From the IMG/VR virus record IMGVR_UViG_3300045988_095223: a stretch of DNA of 32,195 nt; one strand, given 5' to 3'. The first letter of the stretch is position 1. The number at the start of each line of letters is the position of its first letter. The notes under the pieces were generated by a model. The model ran no database searches. It saw only the letters and a program-made list of their open reading frames with translations, and was not told where the DNA came from. This document shows positions 25,300 to 32,195 of the stretch, in pieces. Both the position numbers and the translations under genes were made by a program. Origin of the DNA: a virus.

Positions 25300-25689
25300 T
25301 TATTTTCCTCCTAATTGACTTGTTTCTTTTAATCTTCCTTTTAAATTATCAAACACTTCTTTTGTAGGTATAAATATCTGAGGTATCTGATTAATTCTTC
25401 TTAATTCTCTCCAATACTTTCGCTCTTCTTTATCTTTTATACTTGCTATGTTTATTGTTCTTGATTTTATAATATCATACAAAGGTTCGGTTTTAGGTAC
25501 ACTTCCTAATTTCTTTTTAAATTCAAACAAACCTAATTGCATAAACTCTTTATATGGGATGTTTTCATATCTACTACAATAAAAAGCATAGGCTTGGTCT
25601 AAATCTTCTTGATAAGCAAAGCAAAATATTGTTTTGTTGCTTGCTTTTTTACTATAATTATTCTTTATTTCCCTCGCTGGGAGTATCAT
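25300..25689 (-). CDS. Hypothetical protein; possible Gp15-like (tail-chaperone-associated family) similarity, unverified
   Basis: YKEFMQLGLFEFKKKLGSVPKTEPLYDIIKSRTINIASIKDKEERKYWRELRRINQIP loosely recalls the Phage_Gp15 pattern. Overlaps the upstream ORF by 32 nt in the +1 frame. Confidence 0.3.
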   Translation of the reverse strand: MILPAREIKNNYSKKASNKTIFCFAYQEDLDQAYAFYCSRYENIPYKEFMQLGLFEFKKKLGSVPKTEPLYDIIKSRTINIASIKDKEERKYWRELRRINQIPQIFIPTKEVFDNLKGRLKETSQLGGK

Positions 25690-26128
25690 CTAGTCCTTTA
25701 CTAATAATCTGTCCTAATTTAGAACTAAATAATTGTAGTTGCATAGGCTGTTCTGCTTCTGGTATGTTATCAATACCCATATCATCAAATAAGTCTTTTA
25801 TATTCTTGCCGAATAATTTTTCTATCATTTCATTTAATATGATGGCCTCTTCTAATTGAATATAAAACTTTTCATATTCTTGATAGTTAGTTTCATCATA
25901 AGTTATATGACCTTTTCCATCATCTTTTTTAATTATAAGGTCATTTTTTGTTATTCCTTGTTTACTTAATTCTTTATACATATTAAGCCTTGCTGTTGCT
26001 ACTATTCCTTGCAATTTTTCAGCCATTTCAATTGTTCTTTTGAACTCAATAGATACTTTTTTTTTATCTTTGCTAGTATATACTAATTTGTAAGTATCTA
26101 AATCAACTTTAATAAATTCATATTTCAT
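25658..26128 (-). CDS. Hypothetical acidic protein (from MKYEF..)
   Basis: GGAGG Shine-Dalgarno before the ATG at 26128. First gene after the 26301..26329 promoter and its leader. Confidence 0.45.
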   Translation of the reverse strand: MKYEFIKVDLDTYKLVYTSKDKKKVSIEFKRTIEMAEKLQGIVATARLNMYKELSKQGITKNDLIIKKDDGKGHITYDETNYQEYEKFYIQLEEAIILNEMIEKLFGKNIKDLFDDMGIDNIPEAEQPMQLQLFSSKLGQIISKGLDDTPSEGNKE

Positions 26129-26300
26129 TTTATCCTCCAATTCTAAAAAAGTTAGAAATTATCAAACTCACTAAAGACAAACTCATAATTTCTCAAGATT
26201 TTAAGGGAGAACAAAGACACAGCTCATGTGATTACGGTAATATATGTATTTAAAAGAAAATAATTTAGTTTTTACTTGTTCTCCTACTCTTCCACCTACT

Positions 26301-26329
26301 ATTATAGCATAATTATTTTTTTATTGCAA
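26301..26329 (-). promoter_or_regulatory. Sigma-A promoter: TTGCAA, 17 nt, TGcTATAAT
   Basis: Minus strand: TTGCAAtaaaaaaataattatgcTATAAT. It shares the 17-mer AATAATTATGCTATAAT with the 19053..19081 promoter and is followed by an ORF-free leader of about 160 nt. Confidence 0.6.
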
Positions 26330-26504
26330 CTAAATTATTACATCTTATGCAATATACTTCATTTTTGCTATTAGTCATAAATAAACTTTTTTTATGACAC
26401 TTAGAGCATATTCCTTTTGGTTTTTTATTATATGTATTTCTTATTTCTTTTAATTTTTGTTTTTCTTTTTCTCTTAATATTTTTCTTTCATTATTTTGGC
26501 TCAT
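26313..26504 (-). CDS. Small zinc-ribbon protein
   Basis: CSKC..17 aa..CIRC. Confidence 0.45.
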   Translation of the reverse strand: MSQNNERKILREKEKQKLKEIRNTYNKKPKGICSKCHKKSLFMTNSKNEVYCIRCNNLVAIKK

Positions 26505-26818
26505 TATATTCTTCTTCCTTTCACTTTTTTTGGCATTTCATATATTTTTGCACTTCCGCAAGTAAGAACTACTTCTTCGTTTTTTTCTATGGGCATAAAA
26601 TCTGAACCAATTAATTCATCTTGTATTTCATCCAATATTTCAATTGCTCTTTCTTTTGTTTCATATTCGCCTAATATTTCATTGTCATAATAATTATAAA
26701 ATCCAATTAATATATTTGCTTCTACTGTTTCATTTTCTACTAATTTATAATTTTGGTATTGTATTCCTTTTATATTTAATAATACTTCTTTATCTTGACT
26801 TCTTATCCACAATTCCAT
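26504..26818 (-). CDS. Hypothetical protein
   Basis: ORF track, 104 aa; ATGA coupling. Confidence 0.45.
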   Translation of the reverse strand: MELWIRSQDKEVLLNIKGIQYQNYKLVENETVEANILIGFYNYYDNEILGEYETKERAIEILDEIQDELIGSDFMPIEKNEEVVLTCGSAKIYEMPKKVKGRRI

Positions 26819-26830
26819 TATTTTTCCTCC

Positions 26831-27037
26831 TTATTCAACATAATTATCATAAATTGTCACAACACAATCTATTTTTTTATCCTTTTCTTTGCAAATATTA
26901 ATAATAGTTTTGTCTGTTTCAATAATCAATGAATGATAAATTTTTAATAATTCTTCAAGAGTGTTTATTTCCTTAACTTCTCTATAATTCCAATCACTCG
27001 CTTTTTCTATTACTGCTTTCATACTTATTCTCCTCAA
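26831..27037 (-). CDS. Hypothetical protein
   Basis: ORF track, 68 aa. Confidence 0.4.
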   Translation of the reverse strand: MRRISMKAVIEKASDWNYREVKEINTLEELLKIYHSLIIETDKTIINICKEKDKKIDCVVTIYDNYVE

Positions 27038-27258
27038 TAATATTCTTCTAAATATTCGCTAAGTTTTTTAAAACCAAAATCTTGATAATCGGTATTATTT
27101 ATTTCTTCAACATATTTCTTTAACACTCTATAATCTTCTTCTGGTATTTCTTCATAAGAATAAACATAATTTTTAATTTCACTTTCTTTTGAATAAATAA
27201 CACCTATATTGCATATTCCATAATCATTGGTCTTACTTTTTACGATAAAATGTTTCAT
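27034..27258 (-). CDS. Hypothetical protein
   Basis: ORF track, 74 aa. Confidence 0.4.
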   Translation of the reverse strand: MKHFIVKSKTNDYGICNIGVIYSKESEIKNYVYSYEEIPEEDYRVLKKYVEEINNTDYQDFGFKKLSEYLEEYY

Positions 27259-27268
27259 ACTTATTCTC

Positions 27269-27532
27269 CTATTCTATGTTATTAATTAATTCAATTACTT
27301 TTTTCTTGCTAAGATTTCCTTTTGTATTATCTATTACTTTTTTTATTTTTTCTTTAAACTCTGGAATAATAAAATCTTTTGTGTTTTCAATTTTGTCAAT
27401 AGCAATTTTTTCTCTGATTAAACAATTATTTTTTTCTTCATTAAGTTGAGCGATTTCTTTATCTTTTCCAGTTAGTTTATTTCCTAACTCATCAATTCTT
27501 TTTAAATATTCTTCAATTTCTTCTTTACTCAT
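27269..27532 (-). CDS. Hypothetical coiled-coil protein
   Basis: ORF track, 87 aa. Confidence 0.4.
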   Translation of the reverse strand: MSKEEIEEYLKRIDELGNKLTGKDKEIAQLNEEKNNCLIREKIAIDKIENTKDFIIPEFKEKIKKVIDNTKGNLSKKKVIELINNIE

Positions 27533-27824
27533 TTATTCCACCTCTTTTAACATATTTAATGCTTCTTCTATGTATTGTTCTATGTAAACTTCTCCCCCTT
27601 CTGCTTGTATCTAATTCATGAAGCCCCTTTTTTAATTCTTCTATTGCTTTATCAATCACTTTTTTTAATTGTTGGTTTTCTTGTTGTAAATCTTCTATGA
27701 ATTTTAATAATATATATATTTCAGCATAAGTAATATCGCTGTCTCCTATAAATTCATAAGAACCGCTTTTTACTAATGAATTATTTTGTAAGATTTTAAT
27801 AGTTTCTTTTACTTCCTCATTCAT
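27525..27824 (-). CDS. Hypothetical protein
   Basis: ORF track, 99 aa. Confidence 0.4.
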   Translation of the reverse strand: MNEEVKETIKILQNNSLVKSGSYEFIGDSDITYAEIYILLKFIEDLQQENQQLKKVIDKAIEELKKGLHELDTSRRGRSLHRTIHRRSIKYVKRGGINE

Positions 27825-27915
27825 CTTTCCACTCCTTAATCATTAAAATAAAATTTATTATTGCTATAATACCAATAACCCCCCAGAATATTAATGGTAT
27901 ATATAATATAAGCAT
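27817..27915 (-). CDS. Possible 32-aa hydrophobic peptide, not in the ORF track
   Basis: Hand translation MLILYIPLIFWGVIGIIAIINFILMIKEWKDE. AGGAGG Shine-Dalgarno upstream. Confidence 0.35.
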   Translation of the reverse strand: MLILYIPLIFWGVIGIIAIINFILMIKEWKDE

Positions 27916-27925
27916 TTAATCCTCC

Positions 27926-28129
27926 TTACCATTTATAAGTCCACATTAGATATAATACATAAATTAATATTGTTGCTAAAACCAATAGATTGACTATAAT
28001 TAAATATGCTTTTATATCTTCTTGTTTATTCTTTTTTAATATTCTTAATTGTTCTCTTTCTGTCTTACTTGTAGGAAATTCTTTTTTTAATTTCCACATT
28101 TGATATTTGCTTATTTTTTCTGGTTTCAT
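27926..28129 (-). CDS. Small membrane protein (C-terminal TM)
   Basis: ORF track, 67 aa, with LIIVNLLVLATILIYVLYLMW. Confidence 0.4.
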   Translation of the reverse strand: MKPEKISKYQMWKLKKEFPTSKTEREQLRILKKNKQEDIKAYLIIVNLLVLATILIYVLYLMWTYKW

Positions 28130-28638
28130 TTAATCCTCCTAAAATCTTTGCAGGCCTCTGTATTTTTTGTTATTCTTATTTTTCTATATCTACAATAATA
28201 TGTCGGTATCGTATTTCCTTTTATTTGCCTTTTTTCTAATAATCTGCAATTTTTACATCTATCTTTTATTTCTTTTTTCTCTTCTGATATTATAATTTTT
28301 TCTCTAAGGCTATTTTTTTTATCATATTTAAGTGTTTTCATTAACTCGGTAATACTTGTTATGTTTTCTTTTTTAATTAAATATGACCTACAAAATTGTT
28401 TTATTTGGTCTCTTAATGAAATATCTTTACCATTATCTAATGCTCGATGACATTTAATACACAACATAGCCCCATTCTCTTTGCAACCTTTTCCACCATG
28501 TGCTCTTGATAAGAATATATGTGCTATTTGTAATGCTCCATTATTTCCACAAAAGACACACCTATTATTATCTCTTTTTTTTATATATTTTCTTGTTTCT
28601 TTATCAAACTCACACCATTGACTTCTTATACTCATCAT
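28126..28638 (-). CDS. HNH endonuclease-domain protein with a Cys-rich C-terminal extension
   Basis: CVFCG...IAHIFLSRAHGGKGCKENGAMLCIKCHRALD, then CKNC...CRY...C. Confidence 0.6.
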   Translation of the reverse strand: MMSIRSQWCEFDKETRKYIKKRDNNRCVFCGNNGALQIAHIFLSRAHGGKGCKENGAMLCIKCHRALDNGKDISLRDQIKQFCRSYLIKKENITSITELMKTLKYDKKNSLREKIIISEEKKEIKDRCKNCRLLEKRQIKGNTIPTYYCRYRKIRITKNTEACKDFRRIK

Positions 28639-28835
28639 CTTACCTCTTCAAAAAAGTCTTTTATTTCAGCATTACTATCTATACTTTTTGTTATAGCATA
28701 CGCTGTTGTTTTTTTGCATAATGTTGCTTGATTATATATACTATTCATATACTGCCTAGTTATTCCAACTTCTTCTGCTATTTTTGCTTGATTTAATTTT
28801 ATTTTATCAAGCTTTTCTTTTTTAAATCTATACAT
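28635..28835 (-). CDS. XRE-like helix-turn-helix regulator
   Basis: LNQAKIAEEVGITRQYMNSIYN is a typical HTH_3 core. Confidence 0.55.
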   Translation of the reverse strand: MYRFKKEKLDKIKLNQAKIAEEVGITRQYMNSIYNQATLCKKTTAYAITKSIDSNAEIKDFFEEVR

Positions 28836-29058
28836 CTTCTTCTTCCTTCCTCTTTAGAATATATTTTTTAAAACTGCAAGTTTTACCATAAATATTCTTT
28901 TTTGTTACCCATTCTTCGTCAAACTCTATTCCATACTTATGTTTTATCTCAAAAATTCTGGCACTTAACCTAGTTATAAATAACTTTGAATAACTTTCAT
29001 AAGTAGTTATGCTTCCATGTTCATTTAAATATTTAATTATCATTTCGTTTTGTGTCAT
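28828..29058 (-). CDS. Winged-helix DNA-binding protein
   Basis: IIKYLNEHGSITTYESYSKLFITRLSARIFEIKHKYGIEF is a pattern common to small phage wHTH proteins. Confidence 0.5.
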   Translation of the reverse strand: MTQNEMIIKYLNEHGSITTYESYSKLFITRLSARIFEIKHKYGIEFDEEWVTKKNIYGKTCSFKKYILKRKEEEDV

Positions 29059-29231
29059 TATATTTTGTTCTCTCTTTCTAAATATTCTTTTAACTTAGGG
29101 TCATATTCTGATAATATTTTCAATGCTGTCTGATAATTGTTATAAAGAATTTTATTTTCTTTTTTTGTTTTAATTAAATCATACACTAAAACTGCTATAG
29201 TAAATATACTTAATATAATTAATTCTTCCAT
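29058..29231 (-). CDS. Small membrane protein (57 aa from MEELIIL..)
   Basis: GGAGG Shine-Dalgarno before the ATG at 29231. The track's earlier start overlaps the upstream small ORF. Confidence 0.4.
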   Translation of the reverse strand: MEELIILSIFTIAVLVYDLIKTKKENKILYNNYQTALKILSEYDPKLKEYLERENKI

Positions 29232-29389
29232 TATTTTCCTCCATATATACATTTATCATATATTCCAATGCTATTTGTTATTACTGAGCCGCCTTTTTCT
29301 ATGCAATTATTTTTTTGGATATTTCTTATAAATATCGCTATAACTAACATTATGATTATAATTATTGTTTCTACTGAATACTTATTCAT
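29231..29389 (-). CDS. Small membrane protein, 52 aa, not in the ORF track
   Basis: Hand translation MNKYSVETIIIIIIMLVIAIFIRNIQKNNCIEKGGSVITNSIGIYDKCIYGGK. Overlapping start/stop at both ends. Confidence 0.4.
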   Translation of the reverse strand: MNKYSVETIIIIIMLVIAIFIRNIQKNNCIEKGGSVITNSIGIYDKCIYGGK

Positions 29390-29981
29390 TTTTTTTATCC
29401 TCCAAATATTCTTTTACTAATTTCATTGCCATTTCTTCATTTACTGGCAATTTATAGAACTTTCTTTTTTCTTCTCTTAAATGTGTACCACTTACAAATG
29501 ATAATGGCATGTGATAACTTTGCTCATAGGCTATCTTATAAAGGTTAGTTTGATATGCTACATATTCTTTATCAAAAGTGGCTGTTCTTTTAAAATCATT
29601 TACTCCTCTTTCGCCATTCATTTCTATTATCTGGTCTAATCTACCTACTGCTACTGGAACATCATCTAGAAACAAGATTACTGGTATCTCTGAGGCTATT
29701 ACTTGCCATTTATAATGTTTCTTTAAGAATATGTAATTTTGAAGCTCTCTATTATTAAGGTCATTTATACCATCTTCTTCATAATCTTGAATTGCTTGGT
29801 GCATTTCAGTACCTCTTTGGCTTGCTACTTCAAGTATTCTTTCATCTACCCCTTGATACTTATTTCCAAATTTCTTTTTTAATATTGTTGTTATAGAGGG
29901 AAGAATAATTCCATTACATATATAAAGATGACTATCTTCCCAATATTCTATAACATAATTACCTATAGTCCAAGTTTGCAT
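29382..29981 (-). CDS. PD-(D/E)XK family exonuclease (recombination partner of ERF)
   Basis: RGTEMHQAIQ...GRLDQIIE...VNDFKRT fits a D..(D/E)xK arrangement. Adjacent to the annealase gene. Confidence 0.5.
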   Translation of the reverse strand: MQTWTIGNYVIEYWEDSHLYICNGIILPSITTILKKKFGNKYQGVDERILEVASQRGTEMHQAIQDYEEDGINDLNNRELQNYIFLKKHYKWQVIASEIPVILFLDDVPVAVGRLDQIIEMNGERGVNDFKRTATFDKEYVAYQTNLYKIAYEQSYHMPLSFVSGTHLREEKRKFYKLPVNEEMAMKLVKEYLEDKKNE

Positions 29982-30295
29982 TATTTAATCTTGATTACTA
30001 ATGAACCTTTAACTGGTGTGAATTCTACATAAGTATCATATAAATCAGGTAAATCTTTTTTAAACTTTGCTGTTCTAAATGTTTCTCTTTCTGTTGGTGC
30101 TTTGTAAGTAATACTAATCTTTTCATTTTCTAATTTTAAGATATTTTTATCTTCCATTTCTTTTAATAAGATTTCTCTTATCTTTTCTTTTTTCTCTTTT
30201 ACTTTTTTTTCTTCTTCATCAATCATTTTTAATGCTGATATAACCGCATCTGTTAGTTGATAATTATCTTCTTTTTTTTCTATTAAATCGTTCAT
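29981..30295 (-). CDS. Hypothetical protein of the recombination module
   Basis: ORF track, 104 aa; ATGA-type coupling on both sides. Confidence 0.4.
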   Translation of the reverse strand: MNDLIEKKEDNYQLTDAVISALKMIDEEEKKVKEKKEKIREILLKEMEDKNILKLENEKISITYKAPTERETFRTAKFKKDLPDLYDTYVEFTPVKGSLVIKIK

Positions 30296-30969
30296 TACTT
30301 GTCCTCCTTTTTCGCAAATAATTTACTTAATATTTCACTTGCTTTATTAATAGACATATCTTCTAACTTTTCAAGGTTATTTATTTCTAGTAATTTAGTT
30401 AAATTTTCGCCTTGATAATATTTTTGTATAAGTTCTATTTGCTTAGGGCTTATCTTTGCATTGCCTACTTGTTTAGTTGCTATCTTGTAGCCATTTTCTG
30501 GACTTGCCTCTTTATCGGGGTCATCTCCAGTGCTTAACTTGTATGCTTTCATAAGTGCATATTTGTCTGCGTATGTCATTGCTTTTCCTGGTGCTTTGTC
30601 GCCTGTGTCTAAGCCATCTCCATAAACTATTGTTTCAATAAACTCACTAGGATTGTCTATATTAACAAATCTATAAGTAGTTTCTATTCTCATAAATAAT
30701 GTATTAGTTTTAGTTATACTTCCATTATATTCACTTTCTTTTATTAAAGTATCTCTATCAATTACTTCTCTTTTTACTGGATAACTATAAATTCTATATT
30801 TCTTTTCAATAGGCTTAACACCATCTAATACATCTCTTTCTGATACTGCTTTATAACTTCTTGTTTTATTTATTTCTACAGTCAATCCTTTTTCTATAAC
30901 CCCTATTTCTTCTGTTATTAATGACATCTTTTCATAGATGTTCATCTTTTTAATCTCTTCTTCTTTCAT
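30295..30969 (-). CDS. ERF-family single-strand annealing protein
   Basis: YGDGLDTGDKAPGKAMTYADKYALMKAYKLSTGDDPD is the ERF signature region. Confidence 0.7.
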   Translation of the reverse strand: MKEEEIKKMNIYEKMSLITEEIGVIEKGLTVEINKTRSYKAVSERDVLDGVKPIEKKYRIYSYPVKREVIDRDTLIKESEYNGSITKTNTLFMRIETTYRFVNIDNPSEFIETIVYGDGLDTGDKAPGKAMTYADKYALMKAYKLSTGDDPDKEASPENGYKIATKQVGNAKISPKQIELIQKYYQGENLTKLLEINNLEKLEDMSINKASEILSKLFAKKEDK

Positions 30970-30999
30970 TTTCTTTGTTCTCCTTTCATTTTCTTCTTA

Positions 31000-31028
31000 A
31001 TTATACACCCTATTTTAATTTTTGTCAA
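31000..31028 (-). promoter_or_regulatory. Consensus sigma-A promoter: TTGACA, 17 nt, TATAAT
   Basis: Minus strand: TTGACAaaaattaaaatagggtgTATAAT, in the 74-nt gap between the DnaD-like and ERF genes. Confidence 0.6.
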
Positions 31029-31043
31029 CTATGTTTTACATTT

Positions 31044-31832
31044 TTATTTAAAATCTTTTAATAATTTTTCCATTTCATTATTTTCATTAATTTCTACTTC
31101 TTCTTTTTTTACATCAACATCAAACCATTCGGGCTTATGTTCTATTTTTTTATTTCTTATTTTAAATTTTTTTTCATCTTCTTGTGCTTGTTGCGCTGTT
31201 GTTATAGAATTATTTTTATAATTAACCAATATTGTATTTATATATTTTACATTATATTTTCCATTTAATACTGCTTGTTTAATTGCATATCTAGTTAATT
31301 CATTATCATTCCATTCTTTTATCATTTCAATTTCAATACCATTTAATGTTCTCCCAAAGTTTCGTTCTAAGAAGTCATAAATTGTGTCTTGCTTTTTTTG
31401 CCCTATACACTCTACTATACTATTCTCTTCTATACTATTCTTTACTATACTATTCTCTTCTCGGTTGCCAATTGGTATACCAAAGTCTTTTTTTAGTTCA
31501 TACTCTTCATTTTCTTCTATAGTTAGTAATGATTTTTCTTTTAAATATTTTGTTTGATGGTATCTATCTTTTCTTAAATAATTATTAATTCTCCAATGCT
31601 TAATTACTATAACGCCTGTTTCAAATGGTATTATAAATCTTTTTGCTATTAATAATTTTAAATCATCTTCTTTTTTTCCTGTCATTCGCATTATTGATTT
31701 CCAATTATCGACAAATCCATCATCATCAGCCTCCATAGACAAATGGAAATATAAGTTTTGAGTGCTATCAGGCATTTCTAAGAAATTATCGTTATTAGTT
31801 ATTGTTTTATCGAACATTCTTTTTTGTGCCAT
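31044..31832 (-). CDS. Replisome organiser (phage replisome-organiser N-terminal region plus DnaD C-terminal domain)
   Basis: MFDKTITNNDNFLEMPDSTQNLYFHLSMEADDDGFV is the N-terminal signature. YDFLERNFGRTLNGIEIEMIKEW...YINTIL is the DnaD-like repeat. Confidence 0.7.
   Translation of the reverse strand: MAQKRMFDKTITNNDNFLEMPDSTQNLYFHLSMEADDDGFVDNWKSIMRMTGKKEDDLKLLIAKRFIIPFETGVIVIKHWRINNYLRKDRYHQTKYLKEKSLLTIEENEEYELKKDFGIPIGNREENSIVKNSIEENSIVECIGQKKQDTIYDFLERNFGRTLNGIEIEMIKEWNDNELTRYAIKQAVLNGKYNVKYINTILVNYKNNSITTAQQAQEDEKKFKIRNKKIEHKPEWFDVDVKKEEVEINENNEMEKLLKDFK
31416..31460. repeat. Three tandem 15-bp repeats (candidate origin iterons) inside the replisome organiser gene
   Basis: TATACTATTCTCTTC / TATACTATTCTTTAC / TATACTATTCTCTTC on the plus strand. 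They encode the ENSIV-KNSIE-ENSIV linker. Confidence 0.6.
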
Positions 31833-31990
31833 TATTTTTCCTCCTTTTTAACTGGTACTAATTTTATGGTTTCATCATCATAAAACTCTAAATAGAATGC
31901 ACTGCCATATTTATCGATTATAAATTGTGGTATTATAATTCTATTTTTAGTCTTATCTGCTTTTTTCATAAATCTAAATAATAGTTTCAT
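31832..31990 (-). CDS. AbrB/SpoVT-type small DNA-binding regulator, 52 aa, not in the ORF track
   Basis: Hand translation MKLLFRFMKKADKTKNRIIIPQFIIDKYGSAFYLEFYDDETIKLVPVKKEEK. It follows the RIxIPxxI..G..xxL pattern. It is the first gene after the 32020..32048 promoter, with TAATG coupling to the DnaD-like gene. Confidence 0.5.
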   Translation of the reverse strand: MKLLFRFMKKADKTKNRIIIPQFIIDKYGSAFYLEFYDDETIKLVPVKKEEK

Positions 31991-32019
31991 TTTCTCGCCT
32001 ACCTTTCATATCTAACTCA

Positions 32020-32048
32020 ATTGTACCACCTTTAAAGGTACCTGTCAA
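32020..32048 (-). promoter_or_regulatory. Sigma-A promoter: TTGACA, 17 nt, TACAAT, with a 12-bp perfect palindrome ACCTTTAAAGGT (32028..32039) in the spacer
   Basis: Minus strand: TTGACAggtacctttaaaggtggTACAAT. Confidence 0.65.
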
Positions 32049-32050
32049 TA

Positions 32051-32081
32051 TATAAAAAGAAGAAATATTTTTTAATATCTC
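32051..32081 (-). terminator. Weak AT-rich intrinsic terminator after the wrap-around gene
   Basis: Minus strand: GAGATATT-aaaa-AATATTTC followed by ttctttttatatat. Confidence 0.4.
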
Positions 32082-32087
32082 CACCCT

Positions 32088-32195
32088 TTAATTATTAAAT
32101 TCTTCAAACTTTATACTTTCCATTTTCTTTTTTAGAGCATTAATTTTATTTTCTGTACTTGTATAAGCATTTTTAAACCTTTTTAACGAGCATTC
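32088..32195 (-). CDS. 3' end of the wrap-around gene whose 5' part is at 1..425
   Basis: Same frame through the 62-bp overlap, ending ..NALKKKMESIKFEEFNN then TAA at 32088..32090. Confidence 0.6.
   Translation of the reverse strand, partial: ECSLKRFKNAYTSTENKINALKKKMESIKFEEFNN
32134..32195. repeat. Second copy of the 62-bp terminal overlap
   Basis: Identical to 1..62. Confidence 0.95.

Noticed and set aside
25658-25689. A programmed -1 frameshift joining 25658..26128 to 25300..25689. A G GGA AAT heptamer is present in the overlap.
   Set aside because: Slipping -1 at GGGAAAT gives GGG AAA TAA, an immediate stop. The downstream ORF is in the +1 frame and has its own ATG, so a canonical G/GT-type -1 frameshift is not supported.
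26141-26312. A SAM riboswitch in the leader of the operon that contains the MetK-like gene.
   Set aside because: None of the GC-rich conserved cores recalled for SAM-I/S-box, SAM-II or SMK-box are present. Only a generic long-range 9-bp stem was seen.
1121-28721. All plus-strand ORFs in the supplied track (for example 1121..1375, 2356..2613, 6501..6905, 10416..10931, 22902..23453, 24270..24575, 26417..26901, 28500..28721).
   Set aside because: Each lies antisense to a well-supported minus-strand gene. They translate to low-complexity F/L/I/S-rich sequence typical of the antisense of AT-rich coding DNA, lack Shine-Dalgarno sequences, and break the otherwise perfectly unidirectional operon structure.
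1-32195. CRISPR arrays, rRNA genes, integrase/attachment sites, reverse-transcriptase elements (retron/DGR) and toxin-antitoxin pairs.
   Set aside because: No regularly spaced repeat arrays, no rRNA-like conserved blocks, no recombinase or RT motifs (YxDD) and no typical two-gene TA architecture were seen in any frame of the ORF track or in the gaps inspected by eye.

Overview
The window is an AT-rich, complete tailed-phage genome, siphovirus-like and probably infecting a Clostridia-type Firmicute. The first 62 nt are identical to the last 62 nt, so the unit length is 32,133 bp. This indicates a circular assembly or terminal redundancy. Every credible gene is on the minus strand, and the plus-strand ORFs in the track look like antisense artefacts. 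Reading in the transcription direction (high to low coordinates), the modules are as follows.

- **Early block (32048 to about 26313):** a consensus promoter, then an AbrB-like regulator, a DnaD-like replisome organiser with internal 15-bp iterons, an ERF annealase, a PD-(D/E)XK exonuclease, HTH regulators and an HNH protein.
- **Middle/late block (from the 26329 promoter):** a ParB-DNA methyltransferase fusion coupled to a miniature MetK-like SAM synthetase, then TerS, DUF1064, a 470-nt ORF-free structured region and TerL.
- **Structural and lysis block (from 19081):** a consensus promoter followed directly by a terminator, then portal, minor head protein, scaffold, capsid, neck, major tail protein, tape measure, Dit, tail proteins, holin, endolysin and HNH, ending at a terminator at 3701..3734.
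- **Accessory operon (from the 3645 promoter):** operator-controlled, and it wraps around the window ends.

The main hidden structure is two related group I self-splicing introns that the ORF track shows only as broken genes.

- **Endolysin intron (4725..5580):** splits the Amidase_2 endolysin and carries an HNH homing endonuclease.
- **Tape measure intron (11493..11879):** has no full-length ORF and splits the tape measure gene exactly inside its most conserved motif (QNYT|MLDNLKLGYGG).

Other points worth follow-up:

- the methyltransferase plus SAM-synthetase module
- the structured region between terS and terL
- the promoter-terminator short-RNA unit upstream of the portal gene
- the absence of tail assembly chaperone genes between the major tail protein and the tape measure

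All functional calls come from motifs read by eye. No database search was possible.
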